Shown piece after piece: positions 26,260 to 32,000 of a stretch of 32,000 nucleotides of DNA. How positions within the stretch are numbered: the stretch's first letter is position 1; each line of letters starts with the position of its first letter. Where the stretch lies: positions 30,001-62,000 of the forward strand of contig NZ_CP030918.1 in assembly GCF_003324675.1 (NCBI RefSeq), given 5' to 3'. The stretch comes from Paracoccus suum. Lineage in GTDB: Bacteria; Pseudomonadota; Alphaproteobacteria; Rhodobacterales; Rhodobacteraceae. Below the pieces are notes generated by a model that did not search any database, was not told where the DNA came from, and worked only from the letters and a program-made list of their open reading frames with translations. Made by a program: the position numbers and the translations under genes.

Positions 26260-27056
26260 CCTCGCCAAAGACGCCGTTGCCGGCGCTGGTGGACAGCCAT
26301 TGCCACCTCGATTTTCCGGATTTTCAGGGCGAGTTGCCGGGACTGATCGCCCGGGCCCGCGCCGCTGGCGTCACCCGCATGGTAACCATCTGCACCCGCC
26401 TTGGCAGCGAGCCTTCCGTGCGCGCCATCGCCGAAGCGCATGAGGGCGTGTTCTACGCCGCCGGCACCCACCCGATGCAGGTCGCGGAAGAGCCGATGGC
26501 CACAGTCGAGGCGCTGACCGCGCTGGCCGACCATCCCAAGTTTGTCGGCATCGGCGAGACCGGCCTTGATTATCACTACACTGCCGAAAGCGCGGACGTG
26601 CAGCAGGAAAGCCTGCGCCTGCATATCGAGGCGGCGCGCCGCACCCGCCTGCCGCTGATCATCCATGCCCGCGACGCCGATGACGACATGGCCCGCATTC
26701 TGGCAGAGGAACATGCCGCGGGGGCCTACAGCTGCGTCATGCATTGCTTTTCCAGCGGCCCCCGGCTGGCACGAACGGCGCTGGACCTTGGGTTCTACCT
26801 TTCGGCCTCCGGCATCGCCGCTTTTCCCCGGTCCGAGGAGTTGCGCGAGATTTTTGCCGCGGCGCCGCTCGACCGCATCCTGGTGGAGACCGACGCCCCC
26901 TACCTCGCCCCGCCGCCGCATCGCGGGCGGCGGAACGAGCCTGCCTATGCCGCGCTGACGGCGCAGTGGGTGGCGCGGCTGTGGGACCTCGATTACCCGG
27001 CCTTCGCGGCCGCAACCTCGGCCAATTTCGACCGGCTGTTCTGGAAGGCAGCATGA
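26256..27056 (+). CDS. tatD: TatD-family metal-dependent hydrolase/DNase
   Basis: LVDSHCHLDFPDF (HxH), GIGETGLDYHY, IIHARDA, CVMHCFSG-like and VETDAPYL are present. It forms an ATGA overlap with holB. Confidence 0.88.
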   Translation: MTSPKTPLPALVDSHCHLDFPDFQGELPGLIARARAAGVTRMVTICTRLGSEPSVRAIAEAHEGVFYAAGTHPMQVAEEPMATVEALTALADHPKFVGIGETGLDYHYTAESADVQQESLRLHIEAARRTRLPLIIHARDADDDMARILAEEHAAGAYSCVMHCFSSGPRLARTALDLGFYLSASGIAAFPRSEELREIFAAAPLDRILVETDAPYLAPPPHRGRRNEPAYAALTAQWVARLWDLDYPAFAAATSANFDRLFWKAA

Positions 27057-27859
27057 TCCGGGCGACGATCCTCGGCTGCGGATCGTCGGGCGGGGTGCCG
27101 CGGATCGGCGGCCACTGGGGCGCATGCGATCCGTCCAACCCCCGGAACCGCCGCCGCCGCTGTGCGCTGCTGCTCGAACGCCCGACGCCCGAAGGCACGA
27201 CCACGGTGCTGATCGACACCGGCCCCGATTTCGTCGCGCAGATGCTGGATGCCGATGTCTCGCAGATCGATGCCGTCCTGTGGACGCATCCCCATGCCGA
27301 CCACATCCACGGTATCGACGATCTGCGCCAGTTGGCGCTGAACGCCCGCGCCCTGATCGAGGGCTGGGCCGACACGCACACCGCCGCGGTGCTGACCCGG
27401 CGCTTTGGCTATATCTTTGAAACACCCCCCGGCTCGTCCTATCCCCCGGTGGCGCGGCTGAACCTGATCGACGGGCCGGTCACCATTACCGGCGGGGGTG
27501 GCGATCTGACCTTTGCGTCCTTCAGTGTCAGCCATGGTGATATTGCGGCGCTCGGCTTTCGCGTCACCGGCGATGACCCGCGTGGGCTGGTCTATCTGCC
27601 CGATGTGCTGGAAATCCCCGATGAAGCATGGCCGCTGATCGACGGGGCCGAGGTCTTTGTCTGCGACGCCCTGCGCTACACCCCGCACCCAAGCCACGCG
27701 AACCTCGACCTCGCACTGGAATGGATTGCGCGGTCGCGGGCCGAGCGCGGGGTGCTGACCAACATGCACATCGACCTCGATTACGACCGCCTGCTGGCGG
27801 AGACGCCGGCCAACGTCATCCCGGCCCATGATGGCATGGTCATCGAGGTCGCGGGCTGA
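27053..27859 (+). CDS. MBL-fold metallo-hydrolase (PhnP-like, COG1235-type)
   Basis: The sequence starts MIRATILGCGSSGGVPRIGG and has the metallo-beta-lactamase motif THPHADHIHG. It forms an ATGA overlap with tatD. The tracked start at 26744 lies inside tatD. Confidence 0.85.
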   Translation: MIRATILGCGSSGGVPRIGGHWGACDPSNPRNRRRRCALLLERPTPEGTTTVLIDTGPDFVAQMLDADVSQIDAVLWTHPHADHIHGIDDLRQLALNARALIEGWADTHTAAVLTRRFGYIFETPPGSSYPPVARLNLIDGPVTITGGGGDLTFASFSVSHGDIAALGFRVTGDDPRGLVYLPDVLEIPDEAWPLIDGAEVFVCDALRYTPHPSHANLDLALEWIARSRAERGVLTNMHIDLDYDRLLAETPANVIPAHDGMVIEVAG

Positions 27860-28803
27860 TGGCCGGCCTCTTTTCCGTCGTCCTGCCGGTCTTTCTGGTG
27901 CTGGGCTTTGGCTACCTGGTGGCCTGGCGCGGGTGGATGGGCGCGGACGCGGTCGATGCGGTCATGCGCTTTGCCCAGAACTTTGCCCTGCCGGTGCTGG
28001 TATTTCAGTCGATGGCTAGGCTGGACATCGGCCATGGTTTCGATCTGGCGCTGCTGGCCGCGTTCTACGCCGGCGCCTTCGTCAGCTTTTTCGCCGGCTG
28101 GGCCGGGGGCCGCTGGCTCTTTCGCCGCAGCCCCGAGGATTGCGTCGCCATCGGCTTTATCTGCCTGTTCTCGAATTCGCTGCTGCTGGGCCTGCCCCTG
28201 ACCGAGCGTGCCTACGGCCCCGATTCGCTGGCAGGCAACTATGCCATCATCGCCATCCACTCGCCGCTGATGTACACTTTCGGTATCACCTTCATGGAAT
28301 TCACGCGCGCCCGCGGCATGCGCCTGTCGGTCAGCCGCGTCGCGTGGCGCGCGCTCAGCGGGGTGCTGCGCACGCCGCTGGTGATGGGCATCATCGCCGG
28401 GCTGGCGGTGAACCTGCTGATCCAGGCTGGGCTGGTCCTGCCGCAGGGCGTCTGGGACGCGGCCGCGATGATGGCGCGAGCGGCCATTCCGGCGGCGCTG
28501 TTCGGCCTCGGGGGGGTACTGGTGCGCTATCGCCCGGCCGGGGACGCGGGCGCCATTGCGATGTGCTGCCTGTGCGTTCTGGTGCTGCACCCGGCGGTGA
28601 CCTATGGCCTCGGCCGGACCTTCGGGCTGGACGCGCCGGCCATGCGCTCGGCGGTGGTCACCGCGGCCATGCCGCCGGGCGTGAACGCCTATCTGTTCGC
28701 CGCAATGTATGGCAGTGCCCAGCGGGTCGCCGCCTCGACCGTGCTGATCGCGACACTGGCGGCGGTGCTGACGGCCTGGGCGTGGCTGTCCATCCTGCCT
28801 TAG
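27859..28803 (+). CDS. AEC-family (auxin efflux carrier-like) membrane transporter
   Basis: The 314-aa polytopic membrane protein starts MAGLFSVVLPVFLVLGFGYLV... and shows the two-repeat AEC architecture. Its ATG overlaps the MBL hydrolase stop (TGATG). Confidence 0.8.
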   Translation: MAGLFSVVLPVFLVLGFGYLVAWRGWMGADAVDAVMRFAQNFALPVLVFQSMARLDIGHGFDLALLAAFYAGAFVSFFAGWAGGRWLFRRSPEDCVAIGFICLFSNSLLLGLPLTERAYGPDSLAGNYAIIAIHSPLMYTFGITFMEFTRARGMRLSVSRVAWRALSGVLRTPLVMGIIAGLAVNLLIQAGLVLPQGVWDAAAMMARAAIPAALFGLGGVLVRYRPAGDAGAIAMCCLCVLVLHPAVTYGLGRTFGLDAPAMRSAVVTAAMPPGVNAYLFAAMYGSAQRVAASTVLIATLAAVLTAWAWLSILP

Positions 28804-28826
28804 GGCCATAGAAGAAAGAGATTCCC

Positions 28827-29327
28827 ATGCCCGGCACCTCGACCCTGCTGCCCGCGCTCGCCTGGTGGAAACGCGCTCTGATCGCGGTGGGACCGGTGCT
28901 GTTCGCCTCGCTGCTGGGGCAACTGGCGACCTACCCCAACATCGGCACATGGTATGCCGGGCTGGCCAAACCTACTTTCAACCCGCCGAACTGGGTCTTT
29001 GCGCCGGTCTGGACGACGATCTACCTGCTGATGGCATTTGCGGTCTGGCGCATCCTGCGCGCGCCCGCGGACGAGGCGCAGCGCTGGCGCGCCTTGGGGT
29101 TGTTCCTTGTGACCCTGGCGGTCAATGCCGCCTGGTCTTGGATGTTCTTTGCCGCGCATAGCCCAGCGCTGGGATTGGTGAACATCATCCCGCAACTGGC
29201 ACTGATCGCGCTGACCAACACCCGCTTTCGCCGCATCGACCCGATTGCCGGGGCGGCGCTGCTGCCGCTGCTGCTGTGGGTCGGCTACGCCACGCTACTG
29301 AACCTGGCGATATGGCGGCTGAACTGA
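28827..29327 (+). CDS. tspO: TspO/MBR-family tryptophan-rich sensory protein
   Basis: The sequence WYAGLAKPTFNPPNWVFAPVWTTIYLLMAFAVW...NAAWSWMFF is diagnostic for TspO. The protein is about 166 aa with 5 TM helices. Confidence 0.9.
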   Translation: MPGTSTLLPALAWWKRALIAVGPVLFASLLGQLATYPNIGTWYAGLAKPTFNPPNWVFAPVWTTIYLLMAFAVWRILRAPADEAQRWRALGLFLVTLAVNAAWSWMFFAAHSPALGLVNIIPQLALIALTNTRFRRIDPIAGAALLPLLLWVGYATLLNLAIWRLN

Positions 29328-29345
29328 CCGGCGGAGTGCCGCTGC

Positions 29346-29396
29346 TTGTCATGCAAACGTCACATTCATGACATCAATCTGACTCACGCTGTCACT
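29346..29396 (+). promoter_or_regulatory. Pho-box array (PhoB binding sites) upstream of pstS
   Basis: Five related hexamers are phased 11, 11, 11 and 10 bp apart: TGTCAT (29347), CGTCAC (29358), TGACAT (29369), TGACTC (29380) and TGTCAC (29390, as CTGTCAC). They lie in the only AT-rich patch of this region, 57 nt upstream of the pstS ATG. Confidence 0.7.
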
Positions 29397-29452
29397 AACT
29401 GCTGCACCCGAGGCTGAACTAAGCCCGAAGCTGCCACGAGGAGTCGTTGCCG

Positions 29453-30487
29453 ATGCAGTCCTTCAATTTTGCCGTATCCGCCCTTGCCGTGATCGCCGCG
29501 ACCGCGCTGCCGGCCGCCGCGCGCGACCAGGTCCAGGTCGCGGGCTCGTCCACCGTGCTGCCCTATGCCACCATCGTGGCCGAGGCGTTCGCCGAAAACA
29601 TGACCGATTTCAAAGCGCCGGTCGTCCAGGGCGGCGGCTCCGGCGCCGGTCTGAAACAGTTCTGCGAAGGCGTGGGCGAGAACACCCTCGACATCGCGAA
29701 CGCCTCGCGCGCCATCAAGGACGCCGAGCGTGAAACCTGCGCCAAGAACGGCGTGACCGACATCATGGAAGTCCGGATCGGCTATGACGGGATCGTCTTT
29801 GCGACCGACACCTCCAGCGGCGATTTCAAGCTGACCCCCAAGGACGTGTTCCTGGCGCTGGGCAAGGACGTCGTCGCCGACGGCAAGCTGGCCCCGAACG
29901 CCTCGGCCAGCTGGAAAGACGTCAACGCCGAGCTGCCCGACCAGCCGATTCTGGCCTTCATCCCCGGCACCAAGCACGGCACCCGCGAAGTGTTCGAGGA
30001 AAAGGTCCTGATCGAGGGCTGCAAGGAAGCCGGCGCGATGGAGGCGCTCGCCGCGGCCAATGGCGGCGACGAGAAGAAAGCCGAAGAGGCCTGCAAGGCC
30101 ATCCGCACCGACGGGAAGTCGGTCGACATCGACGGCGACTACACCGAGACCCTCGCCCGCCTCGCCAGCAGCAAGCAAGCGGTTGGCGTGTTCGGACTGT
30201 CGTTCTACGAGAACAACACCGACAAGCTCAAAGTCGCGACGATGAACGGCGTCGTGCCCTCGACCGAGACCATCGCCTCGGGCGAGTACCCGGTCTCGCG
30301 CCCGTTGTTCTTCTACGTCAAGAAGCAGCACATCGGTGTCATTCCGGGCATCAAGGAATACGCCGAATTCTTCGTCTCGGATGAAATGGCTGGCCCGGGC
30401 GGCCCGCTGGCCGACTACGGCCTGGTTCCGGACCCCAAGCTGGCCGACACGCAAAAGGCCGTGGCTGACGAAGTGACCATGAAGTAA
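29453..30487 (+). CDS. pstS: Phosphate ABC transporter substrate-binding protein
   Basis: A signal peptide MQSFNFAVSALAVIAATALPAAA is followed by QVAGSSTVLPY...GGGSGAGLKQF (PBP-like-2 / PstS family). GAGGAG at 29438-29443 is 9 nt before ATG 29453. The tracked start at 29447 is a TTG only 3 nt after the SD. Confidence 0.88.
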   Translation: MQSFNFAVSALAVIAATALPAAARDQVQVAGSSTVLPYATIVAEAFAENMTDFKAPVVQGGGSGAGLKQFCEGVGENTLDIANASRAIKDAERETCAKNGVTDIMEVRIGYDGIVFATDTSSGDFKLTPKDVFLALGKDVVADGKLAPNASASWKDVNAELPDQPILAFIPGTKHGTREVFEEKVLIEGCKEAGAMEALAAANGGDEKKAEEACKAIRTDGKSVDIDGDYTETLARLASSKQAVGVFGLSFYENNTDKLKVATMNGVVPSTETIASGEYPVSRPLFFYVKKQHIGVIPGIKEYAEFFVSDEMAGPGGPLADYGLVPDPKLADTQKAVADEVTMK

Positions 30488-30494
30488 TGCCCCA

Positions 30495-30523
30495 CCGGGC
30501 GGGGCCGCCCTGACCCCGCCCGG
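30495..30523 (+). other. Perfect GC hairpin in the pstS-pstC intercistronic gap
   Basis: CCGGGCGGGG (30495-30504), a 9-nt loop, then CCCCGCCCGG (30514-30523). It starts 7 nt after the pstS stop and is followed by ACCTCTT, which is a weak U-tract. Confidence 0.55.
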
Positions 30524-30571
30524 ACCTCTTCGCCCGACTGCCGCCATGCCCCCTCTCCTGAAGTGAACCTC

Positions 30572-32000
30572 ATGTCCATGTCCTGGAGCGTTCTTGTCGT
30601 CCTTGCGCTCGGCTGCCTTGGCTATGTTCTGGGCCGGCGCCGCGCCGTGGCCAGCGCCGGCGGCGATTCGCGCATCCTGCATTCGCGTCCGATCTATTAC
30701 GGCTGGAACGTCGCGCTGTTCACCGTGGTCCCCGCGCTGGCGGTCATGATCTTCTGGGCGCTGGCCCAGCCGCTGGTGGTGAACGCCGTCCTCGCCAGCC
30801 ACATCCCCACGGCCGAACGCGAGGCCTCGCCGACCATGGTCGGCGACGTCCAGCGCGCCGCCGGGACCATCAGCCGCGCCGTACGCGCCCACGCCATTAC
30901 CGAGACCGAGGCCCGGGCCCTGACCCCCGAGGACACGCCGACCCTGAACCGCATGAAGGACGCCGGCTTTGCGACGCTGGCGCCCGCGCCGGTCATGGAC
31001 GCAGCCAAGAGCCTGCGCGCGACCAACGCCAAGGCGCGCGGGGTTCTGGCCGCGCTGGCGCTGGCACTGGCTGCAGGCGGCCTTGCACTCTCGCTGTCGC
31101 GCACCAATCCGCAATATCGCGCCCGCAACGTGGTCGAGGGCGCGGTCCGCGGCGCGCTGATCCTGTGCTCGCTCATCGCCATCGCGACCACCATCGGCAT
31201 CGTGCTGTCGCTAGTCTTCGAATCGGCCCACTTCTTCCGCATCTATCCCTGGCAAGACTTCCTGTTCGGCACCGAATGGACACCCAGCTTTGGCGGCGGC
31301 TCCAAGCTGGGCATGCTGCCGCTGCTCTGGGGCACGCTCTACATCTCGCTGATCGCACTGCTGGTCGCGGTGCCGATCGGTCTTTTCGGCGCGATCTACC
31401 TGTCGGAATACGCCAGCAACCGCCTGCGCACCTGGGTCAAGCCGATGATCGAGATCCTCGCCGGCATCCCGACCATCGTCTATGGCCTCTTCGCGCTGAC
31501 CATCGTCGGCCCGTTGCTGCGCGACTGGATCGCCCGGCCGCTGGGCGCCGGCGACAGCGGCAGCTCGGTGCTGACCGCGGGCCTGGTGATGGGGGTCATG
31601 CTGATCCCGTTCGTCAGCTCGCTCTCCGATGACATCATCAGCGCCGTGCCGCAATCGCTGCGCGACGGCAGCCTCGGCCTCGGCTCGACCCGGTCCGAGA
31701 CGATCCGCAAGGTCGTCATGCCCGCAGCCCTGCCCGGGATCGTCGGCGCGGTGCTGCTGGCCGCCAGCCGTGCGATCGGCGAGACCATGATCGTAGTCCT
31801 AGGCGCAGGGGCGATGGCGCAGATCAGCGGCAACCCGTTCGAGGCGATGACCACGATCACCGTCAAGATCGTCGGTCAGCTGACCGGTGACAACGACTTT
31901 GCCAGCCCCGAAACACTCGTCGCTTTTGCGCTGGGGCTGACGCTCTTCGTCATCACCCTCAGCCTGAACATCATCGCCCTCGTCATCGTCCGCAAATACC
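30572..32000 (+). CDS. pstC: Phosphate ABC transporter permease PstC, long form (3' end beyond the window)
   Basis: This ORF is not in the supplied track because it has no stop inside the window. My own translation of frame 2 is open from ATG 30572 to the window end. It contains WTPSFGGGSKLGMLPLLWGTLYISLIALLVAVPIGL...EILAGIPTIVYGLFAL...SLRDGSLGLGSTRSETIRKVVMPAALPGIVGAVLLAASRAIGETM (EAA loop). The start codon is uncertain (ATG 30572, ATG 30578 or GTG 30563). Confidence 0.85.
   Translation, partial: MSMSWSVLVVLALGCLGYVLGRRRAVASAGGDSRILHSRPIYYGWNVALFTVVPALAVMIFWALAQPLVVNAVLASHIPTAEREASPTMVGDVQRAAGTISRAVRAHAITETEARALTPEDTPTLNRMKDAGFATLAPAPVMDAAKSLRATNAKARGVLAALALALAAGGLALSLSRTNPQYRARNVVEGAVRGALILCSLIAIATTIGIVLSLVFESAHFFRIYPWQDFLFGTEWTPSFGGGSKLGMLPLLWGTLYISLIALLVAVPIGLFGAIYLSEYASNRLRTWVKPMIEILAGIPTIVYGLFALTIVGPLLRDWIARPLGAGDSGSSVLTAGLVMGVMLIPFVSSLSDDIISAVPQSLRDGSLGLGSTRSETIRKVVMPAALPGIVGAVLLAASRAIGETMIVVLGAGAMAQISGNPFEAMTTITVKIVGQLTGDNDFASPETLVAFALGLTLFVITLSLNIIALVIVRKY

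Noticed and set aside
29328-29345. A short stem GGCGG-AGTG-CCGCT after tspO as a terminator.
   Set aside because: It has only about 5 bp including a wobble pair and no U-tract, which is too weak to call.

Overview
Very GC-rich, densely coding DNA that looks like core chromosome of an alphaproteobacterium. A Rhodobacterales/Paracoccus-like origin is inferred from gene content only. I call about 30 genes.

Gene order:
(1) The tail of a Liv/HAAT-type ABC importer (permease end, livG-like and livF-like ATPases), tightly coupled to a metal-cupin gene and a PhzS-like flavin hydroxylase. A LysR regulator sits tail-to-tail against the hydroxylase.
(2) pdhA-pdhB-pdhC (pyruvate dehydrogenase E1alpha, E1beta with its own lipoyl domain, E2), followed by a hairpin terminator.
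(3) On the minus strand, an RND efflux pair (adaptor + pump).
(4) On the minus strand, an 8-gene Rhizobium-type glycerol operon: glpD, glpS, glpT, glpP, glpQ, a DUF2160-like gene, glpV, glpK. It is divergent from a DeoR-type glpR.
(5) A housekeeping block: DD-carboxypeptidase, tmk, holB, tatD, an MBL-fold hydrolase and an AEC transporter, then tspO.
(6) A Pho-box promoter, pstS and the start of a long-form pstC. The pstC ORF runs off the window, so it is missing from the supplied ORF track.

I saw no rRNA, tRNA, CRISPR array, transposase, integrase or phage genes. The many long ORFs antisense to these genes are GC-driven artefacts, codon-aligned opposite the real genes.

I do not see a convincing wholly new system. 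The observations most worth follow-up are:
- the importer-cupin-hydroxylase module of unknown substrate
- the concerted evolution of the two lipoyl-domain segments in pdhB and pdhC
- an Ala-rich insertion in the Tmk LID region
- an N-terminally extended DUF2160 protein in the glycerol transporter operon
- candidate GlpR operators and a five-unit Pho-box array
- an efflux operon with no local regulator or outer-membrane factor
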